NCBI GenBank assembly: GCA_010093605.1
Contig: MU004181.1
Location: forward strand, 3,720,001 to 3,784,000
Length of the DNA: 64,000 nt
Direction of reading: 5' to 3'
From: Lophium mytilinum
Taxonomy: Eukaryota
Position numbers and translations under genes: made by a program. This document shows, in pieces, positions 48,816 through 62,160 of this stretch. The notes beneath the pieces were generated by a model, which saw only the letters and a list, made by a program, of their open reading frames with translations, searched no databases and was not told the DNA's origin. Numbering within the stretch: position 1 is the stretch's first letter; each line of letters starts with the position of its first letter.

Positions 48816-49838
48816 TCATATTTTACTCTGCTGCTTCAGCTTCTCCCTATTCTCCTGTGCCATCCTCAGTAATGCATACAAGCTCTGCATTCGCGGCATC
48901 TCAAAGCCCCTCTCCCTTGCTACCCGAATCGGGTTGCCCAATATAACCTCCAATTCCATCCTCTTCCCCTGCTCCCAATCCAACGCCATACTGGGCTTAC
49001 TCCCACTCGTGTTCTTCTGCGTGCTCCTCAGCAGCTGCTCGGTCGTTGCGAACTCCTTCGGGAATGGCTTCCCCAGCACCTTCGGCGCCGTGCTCAGCAC
49101 CTCCTCCATAACTCCTTTCAGATGGCGGTACAGCTCGTCATCGAGCGCCATCGCGCCATTCGGCGTCCCGCCCGAGAGAACAGACGACGGATTCATAGAC
49201 GCATTGATAGCAATCTTATGCCAGCGCACCAGCTGCAGCTTCGCATGATCGTAGGCGTCCGCATCCTTGATCCCACCCGCCTTCAGCAGCCCTACAAACT
49301 TGTCGTTCCGCGCAACCGCTTCCGCATCGCTCGCCTTCGCGTCTCCAGTATCCAGGTGCGGCAGGTAGGGCCCTACGTTTATGCGCGTCCAGCGATTGTG
49401 CTTGATCTTACCATGGCTCGTCTGCGCCGCACTGACAATTGTGACCGCGCTACATATCGTAGCTTTGGGGAAGCGTTTGGTGTACGGCGCTTCGACGCCC
49501 AGTCCGTTTTGTACCAGGACGATGGCCGTGTTGTCTCCTACTAGCCCCTCGAGGATCTCCGAGTCGTCGCTGACGTCCGGCAGCGCCTTCGTGCTCACGA
49601 GTATGTAGTCCCAGCTAGTGTTGCTTCGCCGCGCCTCGTCCGGATTGGCAAAGGTGTGGGTGGGGGTGAAGGTGTAGTCGCCGTATTGAGGGGAGGTGAC
49701 GGCGAAGCCTGAGGCGGCAACAGCAGCGTAATTGGATCGGCATATTACGGAGACGTGGACGTCGGGTGCTTGGGCGAGACGGGAGGCATAGAAGGCTCCG
49801 ACGGCGCCAGCGCCGACGATGAGGACGTTTACGGGCAT
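48816..49838 (-). CDS. Ketopantoate reductase (PanE/ApbA) family protein
   Basis: GAGAVG, STKALP, QNGLG.E, WHKIAINASMN and PSMALD..MELEVILG. Confidence 0.92.
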   Translation of the reverse strand: MPVNVLIVGAGAVGAFYASRLAQAPDVHVSVICRSNYAAVAASGFAVTSPQYGDYTFTPTHTFANPDEARRSNTSWDYILVSTKALPDVSDDSEILEGLVGDNTAIVLVQNGLGVEAPYTKRFPKATICSAVTIVSAAQTSHGKIKHNRWTRINVGPYLPHLDTGDAKASDAEAVARNDKFVGLLKAGGIKDADAYDHAKLQLVRWHKIAINASMNPSSVLSGGTPNGAMALDDELYRHLKGVMEEVLSTAPKVLGKPFPKEFATTEQLLRSTQKNTSGSKPSMALDWEQGKRMELEVILGNPIRVARERGFEMPRMQSLYALLRMAQENREKLKQQSKI

Positions 49839-50473
49839 TGGTGTTGTGGTGAGTAAGTATAGTAAGTATGTATGAGTTCAAAGAGCTGTGGATGAGTTCG
49901 AAGAGCTGTGGTGGTGAGTGATCACCGAGGCATGGCGAGCTTCCCTTCGGCTATAACTTCCGCAGACTACTCGACTATATATACCTGCTTCCCTGCTTCT
50001 TTTATCGTTTCGTTTCTTCAAGTGAGTATGAGTTTCTTGACACGAAAATGATTAAAAGATATCTATTACCTCTTCTATTCTCGTTGTTGAGCTTTGCATT
50101 ATACTATCATACCCCGCTGCACATCCAGACATCTCCTTCAAGCATTCATAGAATATCTTCCTATCCAAAAGCTAGATCCGGAGGGGAGACTGTATTATTC
50201 TAACTCCCATTGGGACGCAAGAGAAGGGACGCGCTTCCATACTGTCCGAGACTCAACAGACTAACATAGACGATCCGCTTTTCCCTTGCTGAAGAACCCA
50301 ACTCCGATGTCTCGTCTCAAAGTCTATAGACCAAGCAAGTCATCCAAAGCCTCATTAACCATTACATCCTCCACCTGCTCCTGGTAAACGGAGCTTTTCT
50401 TTCCTTCGAAGATTCTCATTTCTGCTCCTGTTGGAACGACATTATCGTCAAGCGGCATTCCCACGCTGTTGCC

Positions 50474-52750
50474 TCAAATGGCAAACTTGGATCTCGCACG
50501 CAACTTCGCGCCGGCATAATACAGCAACCACATTCCAATCTAGTAGCAATATTAGCATCATCCCACTATCCAGGATCTAGATCGGAAACTTACGATTCCC
50601 ATAACACTCAATCCACCCAGCAAACTACATCCTTTTCCAATCCCTAGGTTTATAAACATTGGGCGTGAAAAGAGGATAGCGCCGAACGCAAAGAGCGAGC
50701 GACAGAAGTCGTTGCCTGCAAAGAGGGAGGCAGCGTATTGTGGGTAGGACATCGGTACGTAGACTGCACATATGTTAGTGACTTTGAGAACCAGATGGGG
50801 CGGGCTGATGGCTTACCGAAGATACACTGGAGCAAGATATACACCGAAGTTGCGTAGATTGTAATTCCGATGACGCTGACGATCCAGTGGACAGATTCCC
50901 TTGCCGTCCATCCTGAGCTTTTATTAGCGCCTTCTCTGTCAGCCTGGGGGCGCTTTTCGACTCACCGAACAAGAACAGTCCAACTGGCGGCCCGAAACAA
51001 GCAAAGAGAGCTGGTACAAGCCGTGACTCCTGCGCGCGTAATCCGTTTTTCATAATGTCTGGAATGAGATAGAAGTGTAGGTATGAGAAGTAGATCGTCA
51101 TGGCGATGACGCAGCCGATTACGATACACACGAAGACGGTGCCTGTCTCGCCGACGTTGAAGCCATAAAGAGGGGGGTACACGAGCGGGAACACTTCGAA
51201 GAATGAGTAGTAGATGCCGTAGGTTAAGGCCGTGTACACGTTTACGAAGAGGACCTAGAGAGAGCGTTAGCAACTCTCCACTTGATTGAAGAAAGCATAA
51301 GAGCGAGGCTTACGGCAGGATCCTTGATACAGATCTCGATGGGCTTAATGATGGCCTCGGTAAGAACGTGCCCGAAACTTATGCCCTTCCGGTCAATCTC
51401 AGTTTGAGAGCGGATCTTCTCGTTGCCGGTCAATTTGCGCAGCCGTGCCGCGCGGCGGAGGAGAATGTTGGGTGCGAAGGTCTCGGGGAGGAAGAAGAAG
51501 AACAAAATGAAGACGGGCGCAGACATCCAGAGGACCTCCCATTGGGACCACCGCCAACTGTGTTTCTGTTAGCTGCTGTGTAGATATCTGGAAAGGAGAG
51601 ACTGGGCTTACTTTTCAGCAACGACAGCATAGCCGGAGAGGAGAGGACCGAGAGCTGGTGCTGCGAAGGCAGCAGATACCCAGAAGGCCACCGAATAGGG
51701 TAGGTAGAGGAGAGAGTACATATCCTATCGAATGTTAGTTTATAGCCTACCAAGAAGTCAATCAATTTGTCACTCACCCCCATACTCGCACCACCACTCG
51801 CCAAACACGGACTCCCAAAGAACCCCAGCAGGAACCGTAGGAACACCAACCCTCCCAAGTTATCTACCAAGCTCGTGGGCACACACAAAATGACGTACAA
51901 GGCGAAGCTGACCACATAGGGCACGTTCCGCCCAAACGCCGGAATTTCAGACATCGGTGACCAGATAAGCGGTCCCAAACCGTAGCCAAGCACGTACAAA
52001 GCAAGGCCCAGCGAAGCTTTGAAGGGGCCGACCCCGAATCGTTCCATGATGAGGCCTTCGCTGGAGACGTAGATCGCAGATCCGGCATAAACGACGAAGG
52101 TATAGACGTCGATGAGGAAGGCCACTGCGAGCTTCTTCCTCGGAGACCAATTTTGCGGGTTGGCAGGGTCGTCGGTGTTGTACCTTTGTGAGGAGTTAGT
52201 CGGCACCAAAATGAGCTTTGGAGTGGATAGCTAACCAATCTACTAGAATCGTCCCGTCTGCAGTCACTGCTGGCATGATTGGCCTCGACTTCGTCTTCTC
52301 GACCGCGAGCTCATGCTCTATAGCCAAGCGCTCGTTGGTATATGGGAGTGTTTGGGTCCGCTGAAGCCCCAGCGTCCCTGTTCTCTCGACATCAGCTGTG
52401 ACAGAGTCGTCTGAGCTCCGGGTGTCCAGCTTCTCGAGACTCGGTTCCAAGTTATCCACGTTGCTCAACCGAGCCTCGCCAACGGTTGATGGAGCATTGC
52501 CAGAATCTCCGGCAAGAGGTCGCTCTTCCTGCTTTTCGACATCGTCACCATTTCGAACAGCTCGAGCTGACTTGTGGCTTTGTCGGCTTTGGTGCTGATG
52601 GAGATGGTGCTTCTCGTCGCCGTTATTGCAATTGTATGATAAAGGACATTGGAAGTCTGGTTTCTCTTCTGGATATTGGAAGTATTTGTTCTTCGTTACC
52701 CACCGGACCACCTGTCCAAATGGAGCTTCGCGAATGAGTTCGGACAACAT
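50474..52750 (-). CDS. MFS multidrug transporter, DHA1 family (Flr1/Caf5-like), multi-exon
   Basis: VDW|Y..DDPANPQNW, SPMSEIPAFGRN, RFLLGFFGSP, LPET..NILLRRA.RLRK, YPQYAASLFAGND and GAKLRARSKFA. Confidence 0.93.
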
Positions 52751-54180
52751 CTCGTCTTGCGGCGTGAGAGTGAAGGTGAGAGTTGGATTGGTAGCTAGGT
52801 AGAAGGGCTGAGGGAAAGATGGCCGTCAAATACCTTCCTTGATCACCCACATGTGATAAGGATAGCAATGACTGTACATGGTGGAGCTTAACAACTAAAG
52901 TCTGGACAATGCTGGGTGGAACTCCGCAGATACGATTGGAAGATGGCGATTTGGAAGACATGTATTGGACGCCACTGCCAACGACGGCGATGACGAAGCA
53001 AAGTAGTGAGGTGCAGCGCTGATATAATCCTGCACTCGAGTAAGATTGGAGATCTTGTCTTGATAATTCCCTACCTGGAGCAGGGCCAAGCTTTGGCGTC
53101 CAATGAGCAAATCCGGGGAGTCCCGCAGGCTGCCGTTGATTAGTATTTGGCTAAGGCTGTGTAACGTTTCGCGTGGCTTTCTAACAATCCCAGCGATTAC
53201 TGATCGATTCTGACACGTTCAGTGGACCGTCTGGCGTGCTGCATCCTTTGTGCTTGATTACATACAGTGAACAAATACCCGATTGGGCTGTCGGTCGGCT
53301 ACGCTAACTAACGGACGTACTTTCGCCTGCCTCAGTGAACTCAGACGTGATTTTGAGTGGTTCGCTACCTACACCTGCACGCTGACACCACCTAGGCACA
53401 CTATACCAAACGTAGGATCGACCTGCATGCATGAATCACAAAACCACGGTGTACCAATCATCTGGAGCCGCTAAGATAATCCTTTGGCAGTAACATTCGT
53501 CACCAGGAATGACTCCACCAAGGTCCCTTTTCCGATTTGAACCTGAGCAAACAAGCTTTTGATTTGAGCTATACCTAAGCGAACCTGAGTTCAGCCCTGA
53601 GCAGGCTAACTCGCCCTTCTCAAACCCAAAAACAAATGAGTGACCGAAGAAATCATCTTACCTTTTGAACGAGTGTCCATTTTTCCGTCCAGAGTCATCA
53701 TCTCTGCCTTTCTCACCGGCGCAGACAGCCCCGAGATCATGATTGTATTTTTTCCACTCGAGTAGATTGCGTAGTATTGAAACCATAAGTTGAGCCTTGT
53801 GCTGTTCTTGGGTGAGAATTTCCGAGCGCAAGTCTGATGATGGCAGGTTATTTCCGGGGTAGATTAGAGCTCTATACAAGTTAGTACCGACTCCGAAGAA
53901 TATATCCTGAGATCATCTTCACCTACTAGCCAGATTTTTTGATACATTACTCCTCCGATTCCCTAACACCTCCTAAATATCATGTACCTTGTATATATTC
54001 CGAAGTCGACGTAGATGATCTGATGTCGGCGTCGCGTTCCATGACTCTGTTAACCGGCATGACTGAACCCCTAGTGGCAAGAAGAAATACTGTCAGCACT
54101 AGCGTGGTAGATAAATAGAAATAGAGATTACGAGTAAGAAGACTGGACAGCTACATGGCTCATCGACATCTCGAGCACCA

Positions 54181-54627
54181 TCAAACCGCAATCCAGAGCT
54201 TGACAAGATCGTAGCACTTCTTGGCCGCCCTATGGACCGCATCACCGAACGGAACCATAGTCTCGTCGGTGTCGTTTGCCTTCATCTTCAGGACATCAGG
54301 CTGCTTGTCGATCAGGTACCATATGCCGATGAATTTGCTCACACAGACGTGAGTCAGGTTGAACGGAGATGGGTCCTGGTGCCTCTCGAGGACTTCCGCG
54401 TGTTCGTGTGCGGCCCTCGCCAGGTGCCAGCAGTAGTAGATTCTGCCCGCTTTGCCTCTCTTTTGGGTTTCGAACTCGGAGTGGCACTCGAGCAAGTGGA
54501 CAAGAGTTGCCGCGGCTTCGAGCATCTCTTCGACTCCCGCCTTGTCTGGTACGTTGACGTCGATGTCGAAAAGGTCGAGGAACCGGTCCACAAGCGCAGG
54601 CTTTTTGGGAATATTGGATTGCGACAT
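54181..54627 (-). CDS. Orphan 148-aa protein
   Basis: Single-exon ORF with ATG and natural composition; no family recognised. Confidence 0.5.
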   Translation of the reverse strand: MSQSNIPKKPALVDRFLDLFDIDVNVPDKAGVEEMLEAAATLVHLLECHSEFETQKRGKAGRIYYCWHLARAAHEHAEVLERHQDPSPFNLTHVCVSKFIGIWYLIDKQPDVLKMKANDTDETMVPFGDAVHRAAKKCYDLVKLWIAV

Positions 54628-55598
54628 GACGTTAGGTTTCTATTCGGATAAGAGATGGTAGTATGATGTGCGCAAGTAAGAACGGTTGTTTGAGACGATG
54701 TCGGACTGATTGCTGTAACTGGAGAGGCTGGTTGTAGTTGGAACGGAGAACGAGCTGTCTTTATACGGAGTTGGGGATCTTGCGCATGCTTCCACGTTGT
54801 CCTGGGGCGAAATCCCAACAGTCAACGAAAGTGCTCTGCCCCAGCGAATTGAACCATTGAACAGTATGTGGTTCCGTTGTAATGGGTAAATGAGGGGTTT
54901 CTGCTCAAACTCCCTCATTCATGACGAGATCAAACAAGGCGGTCGCAACTTGTCAACTCTGCGGAGATAGCTCTAAGCTATTGGGTGTCCGAATCTCCCA
55001 TGCAGCGAAGACCTGAAGTCGAATTTGGCTACGTCGCATTAGTAAATTTGATAAGGAAGCAAACTCTCCGCGAGCTAGCTGGCTATCTCAAGAATTCGTA
55101 CCAAAGCTCTCTTTGACACACCTCTTTAGTACTTAGAGGGCGTAACTGATCTCGACAAACACCTCCCCAAAGCTGTTGATTGCGCTGAGCCCCATTGAAT
55201 TTTAGCAACGCCTGTTGGGCTTCTTGATCAGGTGGTTCTGCGTAAGCCTGCGAATGACGTTGGTGGATTAGGTTGAGTTGAGCGGATCCTCGTGGGGAAT
55301 ATTGGAGCCCTGCGACTTTGGGCGGTGGCGCAGGGCCAACGCGCCGTCTTTAAAATGGCATCTGGGCAGCACCTCGCGCGAGCAGCCTAGGGGCTCAGAC
55401 AAGTTTGAAAACTCCCTGATCTCGGCTCTAGAGTGGCATATCTCAGGCGCAATAGAAAGCAAATTGTGAAAATGGTCCCTGTTGATGACCCTCGATAAGC
55501 GCCAGTCACGCGAACCGTCTCGTGAAAGAAACCACAAATGCGAAGAAGTTCAAGCTGTTTCAATGCTAACGCTCATATGAGTAGCTAAGAAGTCAGAA

Positions 55599-57965
55599 TC
55601 ATGCTCCCCTCCTCACATTTGTGCTCATCAATGTGATCTTCTTCGCTTTCTTCTTCTTACCGCCGCTCGCTGGCGGTTTCTTGGAAGGTTCTCCCTCCCC
55701 AACAAGCGACATGGCTTGCGCTTGGGCTATCATGTCCTCCTCCTGCAAGAGATCCTTCTCCCACCCTTGGAGCCATCCGTCGTCTCGCATGTCGCTCTCT
55801 GACGGCACGGCCACCAACGTCGGCGAAGAAGATGCCACTATCGTGGTGCCCCAAACTGTGCGCGCAGCAGATGGACTAGTTGACGGCGACGCCAGAGAAG
55901 CAAACCCTTGACCTCGTCGTGCTGGCCAAGGTGGCGAAGTCGACGCACTCTCAGCGCCGACAGACCCAGAACTATCAGCCCCATCCGAGGAAACGAGTGG
56001 TTGGAAGTCATCCGCCGTGAACCTTTCCGAGATGCTGGCTCTCTTCCGCCGTGCAGGGGCATATCGCGCATCCTCTTCCTTCTCTGCCTTGATGCGTGCC
56101 TTCTCCTCTCTTGCTTCCTTATCTTGATTCTTCTTTCGACGTTTGTCGATTTCTGCCTTGAACTGCTCAAGGATTTCAGAGGGTACCGTATCGGTCCAGT
56201 CGCATTCTAGGAAGCCCACTTCACATCCGTATGGTAGATGTGCAAGGTACTTAGTCTTCCTTCGAAGTTCGTCATCGACGATATGGCCAGTAGATACTCT
56301 TTCAACGCGCGGCAAAATCGTTGACGGGAAAGTCGAGAAATTGCCGAATGCCGCTTTCAAAATTCGAATGTCAAGCGGAGAGAGATAGTAATGCAATAAC
56401 GCTTGATAAAAATAATACTCGGACGGAGTATTATGATGCTCGTGATGTTGACGGTTTCGAAACTCGGCGAGAGTTCCAGGAGCACCAGGGCCTGCTTTTT
56501 GGGGGTTCGAGGTAGTGGAAAGCTTCCTCGAGAATTGAGCGTTCGATTCATTGACAATCGTCGCAGGACCTGCTCGATGGTCCGATTCCTCAGATACGGT
56601 AGATTCATTTGCTGTGGCCTGGGATATGCTCTGGCCAGACTTAATCGCGTTTTGGATCAGGTACATTTCCGGTGCCTGATCGCCCGCTTCGTGGTAAACT
56701 ATTGGAGCGCGCTTTGGTTTCTGCTCCGCTGGTTTGCTCGGTAAAGCCGGTGGGTTTCCGATGCCTTTGACTTTCTCTTTGGCTTCGTGAATGGACCGCA
56801 CAGCCTTTCGGACCCACTCTACATTGTCCTCCCCAAACATCAGCTCGTCTTCCTTCTCTTGCCTTTCAAGCTCAGCAACCTCTTCATCTAATTGAGAAAG
56901 CAAGTAGTCCTCGCTCCCCTTCATAACGCGAGCATAGTCCATGACTTCTGCGGCGTAGTACCAAGGGATGTCTTGGTCCTTATCCAACAGCTCAGCTCCA
57001 TCTCTCGGCAAGGCAAGGGTGCTTCCTGTTGTTCTCATGATCAACCGAAGCACAATGTCCTCACCCTCGTGGGGTGCACCTCCTTCTTGCCCAGTGTACC
57101 ACCGCACAGGGCGCGTCTCTGATATGTATATGCTGTCCCAGCAGAGTGGGCATTTCTTGGACCGAGCCCTCTTCTCAGGCGGCTTGGCCTCCTCGTCCGC
57201 GTGCATGTACCGGATGAGGCAAGGCAAGCAGAATATGTGGCCGCACTTGGCCATGCGGGGAGCGACGGGAGTGCCCAGGCAGATGGGGCAAGATGCGAGT
57301 TGAGACTGAGCGGACACCAAGATCTGCAAGACATTGTTCCAGTCCAGATGGGTATCGGCGTCTACGTTCTGGGCCCGGTAATCCCCTCTGGGATCGACGA
57401 TGAAGCGGTAGTTGGAGTGAACGAACCTGTGGCGGTCAGATGGTGGCTCATACACTGTGGTCATGATGCTTACCTCGCTTTGTCGACAGCATGATAGCCC
57501 GACCCCATTCCCCAGGTAGGGTGTCTCCGGTTGTTCCGCGACGGGGCATGACTATGGTAATTCGGAGGACGAGGGGGAAGGCTGAAGTTCATCAAGTGGG
57601 TAATCGATGTTTGCCCCTTGCGGTTGTTGAAAGGACGCATGGCCGCCTGGCATTGTCAGATTGAGAAACGGAGGAGCCGGATAGACTGCAGCAAGACTGG
57701 CACCTACGGATTCCGCGAGAGCATCCTCATCCGTAGCCCTGAAGCGCTTGGAGCCCTTGTGCTGCTTCCGGACGAGCTGAGCGTTCCGTGGGGAGGGCGA
57801 CGCCCGCGACGTATTCCCCGCTCCAAAACTGCCAGATCCCCCACTGCGTCGCTGGCCGAAGGTATCGCCGGCTGCTACAGAGCCCGCCTGGTTCTGCGCT
57901 GGCGAGAGCTGGCCCGCGGTGGTTGCTGCTTTGGAGGACGAAGCAATGGCTGGCGGAACAGACAT
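55599..57965 (-). CDS. MAG2: RING E3 ligase of the RNF10/Mag2 family, three exons
   Basis: ITHLMNF, FVHSNYRFIV, CPICL..P.APRMAKCGHIFC.PC..CPLC, YYFYQ and YLAHLP.GCEVGFLE.D, with a KKKKAKKITLMS C-terminus. Confidence 0.9.
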
Positions 57966-58224
57966 GGCGGGACCGATCGAGTGCCGATGACGAGGCGGGG
58001 GCGCTGGACGCCAGACGCTCGACGCTCAACACTCACACGCGAAATCTAACAAGGGAGGAGAGGGAGGAGAGAAGAAAGAACGAGGAGAGGAAAAGAAGAG
58101 AGGGGGGGAGAGCGAATAGTGAATGCACAGCAGCACACAGCAATGTCCCAGGCCCTCGTGGGTGGACTGAGGCGAGAGAGTGACTCCGCGAGGGCTGCAG
58201 AGGAAGCATGGGGGCAAATCGAGA

Positions 58225-58233
58225 TCACGTGAC
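58225..58233. promoter_or_regulatory. TCACGTGAC E-box (Cbf1-type bHLH site) in the MAG2/UBP3 divergent promoter
   Basis: GATCACGTGACATGTG read directly from the sequence. Confidence 0.45.
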
Positions 58234-58841
58234 ATGTGTTTTCAACTGCTCCCGGCGGCGATGCTTGCGGGCTGTGAAGGTGATTGTTTGCTGCCAAACT
58301 CACACACGGCCGCCGGGAGCCGGTCTGGGAATCATACGCAGTAGGTATCCAACAACGGGCACACGAGCGCGTCTGCAGATGATGCTTGGTGGCCCCATAG
58401 CGGAGAAGATACGCTACCTAAATGGGCTACGTACTGCAGACTCGAGTGACCTTGCTGCACCGTTCGAAAGGCTTCCAGCATCCTAACGTGGAGAGGCTCC
58501 TTCACCACCACCAGCATTTCACTGCGAGCCCTGCCTCCAACACCACTTTCTACTTCTTCAGAGGCCTAAAGATGCCCTGGCTCCAGACCACGGCCCTCCG
58601 CCGCTCCGAATAGTGTGACGCCTCAGTCTCGCTGCCTCCCCCCAGCAATAATTTCGGCCTCATCAACACCATCTCCTGCCCCGTTGTCAGGCCATCACTC
58701 GCTCCCCATCTTCGCCATCTACTGCCGTCGCTCCCAGCCAGGACTTCGCGCTGTCCACGTCGCCGGCTCTTCCACGCCTCACAAGTCGGTCGCTAGGCCT
58801 CTCCACGGCCAGCGCTGACTGTGACGGCAGCAGCATTCGCC

Positions 58842-61696
58842 ATGATGCCCCATGTACCGCCTGCTGCTCCTATCCATCAGGGTAGGCGGCATGGCGAGTA
58901 CTACCCGCCGCAGACGCATTCGCCCGTCCATAACCCCTACGCCAACTTCCACCCGCAGTACCATGGGCCACCGCACGCGTCGCCGTACCAGCAGCAGTGG
59001 TATCCCTATCACCCGCCCCAGCATCAGCATCAATACTCTATGCCCCCGCGCCAGTACCAGCCGCAGTCCCATGGCTCGCCTGTAGTCGTGTCGTCGCACC
59101 CGCACATGCAACCGGTCACTCCCGTCAGTCGCCAGCTTGGACAAACGCCGCCCATTGTCCACTCGAGGACGCCCCCTGCTCCTCGGAACTACACTCCCCA
59201 GCAAGCTCCTTCGACTCCCTCGGTGGCATCGCAGGCGCATGTTTCTCCTTCTACGACAACAACCACAGTGACGACTCCGGAGCCGCCCCCATCAGCTTCG
59301 TCCCGACAGTCTTTCTCCGCGCCTCCGCCTCCTCAGCCAACACACCGAACTCCTTTCGCGCCTCCTCTACCGTGGCTATCTATCCCTGAGTTGCCGTTCC
59401 CCCCCAAAGCCTCCAACAAGCGGCGGAGACGGCGTGGTCTGGTAGCTTCGACCGAAGAGGGTCTTGCCTTTCCAGCACGCGAGCAGATAGACACACCAGA
59501 GGAGGAAATGCCAGAGCCGGGGCATACGCACGAACAGCCTCTGGTAGAGGAAGCTCCCGCTGAGGAAGCTCCAATTGAGGAACAAGCTGCCTCCCAAACC
59601 TCCACCGCGGCTGCGGTATCTGATCTAGAGACGCCAGCAACTTCACAAGCTCCATCAGAAGCTGACTCTACACACCCCACAACACCGTCTTCGGTACTAC
59701 CCCCTGCTCCTGCACCGCGACCTGCCGCTCCATCCTCGCATACAAGGACTGCCACAAAAACGGCAGTGCCTCTCATACCCATCAAACCAGCAGTGCCAAA
59801 GGTGGCGCCCAGCGTAACCTCAACTACCCAAAAGTCGGTGACACAGGAGAAGGCGGATCAGCCGGTCAGCGAAGCCCAGGAATCCGAGACAACCGCAGGC
59901 TCAGAGAGCACACCCACAGCCTCGCCACCAGCACCTAAGCCAGCCCCGAAGTCATGGGCGGAGTTGCTGCGAAGCAAGCCTGTCCCTGCCACAGCGCAGT
60001 CCGTAGCTGTTCAGAACGGTGTCGTGACGCCCAATGGGTCAGGAGTCGCCAAGAGCAACTCGCTCGGTGACGTCCTCACATCTTTTTCTGTGGGCGCCGA
60101 GAAGAAATTAGCGTTCCTTGAGCCTCGCGGCCTTGTCAATACTGGGAATATGTGCTATATGAATTCGGTAAGCTTCTCAGCTTTCTCATCTACGAGATAT
60201 ACTAATTTGTCTGCAGATTTTGCAAGTTCTTGTTTTTTGCGTTCCTTTCTATGACTTCTTGGACCAAGTTCACAAGCGTGCGGTTCATAGCTTCAAAAGT
60301 GAGACTCCTTTGGTCGACGCCATGTAAGTTCAAGTTCGGAACTGATTCCTCGTCCATCACTGACATCTAGGAAGCATTCTTTTCATGCGTGATTTCAGCG
60401 TCATCGATTCCGCGGCCTCTGCCGAGAAGCTTCGACTTCGCCTCAAGGATAACGAGCTCGAGCAGTACGGTGATCCACTGACTCCGGAGTACGTCTACGA
60501 CGTAATTAGGAGGTTGCCGCGCTTCGATCATATGAAGGTATGAGATTCTGCCTTGCTGTAGCGTTGCAGCTCGTCACTAACGAATTTAGCGAGGACACCA
60601 ACAGGATGCCGAAGAGTTCCTTGGCTTTTTGCTCGCTGGACTACATGACGAGTGTGCCCATGTCATGAAGAGTGCCAGACCTACCAATGGTGCGGAGAGC
60701 GCCGAAATCACATCCCCAACGAGCGACAAATCTGCTTCGGTAGACGGCGGCTGGCTGGAAGTTGGTCCAAAGCAGAAGTCCGCGGTCACACAATCATCTG
60801 GCACTATCGAGGTCGAGTCGCCAATCACCAAGATATTTGGCGGCAAACTCCGCTCTGAATACAAGCGCCACGGACAGAAGACCACGGTAACTTTGGAGCC
60901 ATACCAACCTCTCCAGCTTGATATCGGCGCCTCAAACGTTAACAATATCACCGATGCCTTGCGTGGCCTCACGCACTTGGAAACTCTCCAGGGAGACTCT
61001 AATGCGCCACAAGGTACGCGATCGGCAACGAAACAGCTTTTCATTGAGACACTACCCCCTGTTCTCATTCTACATCTCAAGCGGTTCCTTTACGACGCTA
61101 CGGGCGGTACCCAAAAGATCTGGAAGAAGGTCGGCTACCCACTTGAGCTGGAGATTCCCAAGGAGGTCTTCCCACCTCACAAACGCAACGCCTTCGCGGC
61201 TCGCGGTGGCTTGCCCCGCTACCGTCTCACCGCTGTTGTTTACCACCACGGCAAAGACGCCTCAGGGGGCCACTACACCGTCGACGTCCGCCGCCAGGAA
61301 GGCCGCGAGTGGATTCGCATGGACGACACCGTCATCCGACGCATCCGTGCCGACGACGTCGCCGAGGGCGGCGCAGAGGAAGACCCGAAGATCCTCGCCG
61401 AAGCCCTCGAGCAGCACAAGCGCGACTCCAGCCGGTCGCGCAACTTTTACGAACAGGTGGGTCTGGACGAGGCAGATAAGGCCGACGACCAGGGCGGATG
61501 GAGCCAGGTCAACGGCGCGGAGAAGGCAGAGGGCGGGAGCGCGGGCAAGACGAAGAAGTGGAGTGGTGTAGTCAACGGCACGGCGACCCCGGGCAGTGCG
61601 GGCAAGCGAACGCCCACGCCTGCGTCGGCGCGCAAGGAGGGTGTGCGCGAGGGCAAGGTCGCGTATATCTTGTTTTATTCCCGGATTGAGGCATGA
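58842..61696 (+). CDS. UBP3: Ubiquitin-specific protease of the Ubp3/USP10 family, four exons
   Basis: Pro-rich N-terminus, PKSWAELL, PRGLVNTGNMCYMNS, HQQDAEEFL, SPITKIFGG, LHLKRF, HHG..ASGGHYT and AYILFY. Confidence 0.93.
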
Positions 61697-62160
61697 GAGC
61701 GGCCTGCAGCGCCGACTATCAGCAATGAGTGCGTATCCTTTTCAAGAGTCTATTTTGTCGTGAGGCTTGGTGAGAGGTGAGGTGAGTGAGACAGCCAAAA
61801 GGGCCGGATCGGCGCGACGAGGTCATTACAAACGAGAACTCCGACTCGAATCAAAAGTTAGGGGGGCGGGGGACCTAGATATTGGTCCATGGTTCGTGTA
61901 TATAATCATTGCGGAAAAGTGAAACTTTGCGAAGGATGGTGAGGGGAGGGGATGTTTGGGGCTTGTCACATCGGGGTGGCTTGAAGCATGAGGGTGGGAG
62001 GTGAGGGGTGTGAGCAGAGAAGCGCAGTGGATAGTGCTCGATGTAGATCGTGCAATGCTGCATATTGAATGCGAAGACTATCTTCACCATTATCTTGAGG
62101 CCGTGCCGCATTTCATCTTCATGTACGCGTGATCGTTAAGTCAAGGGTGGGGAGCTGCGC

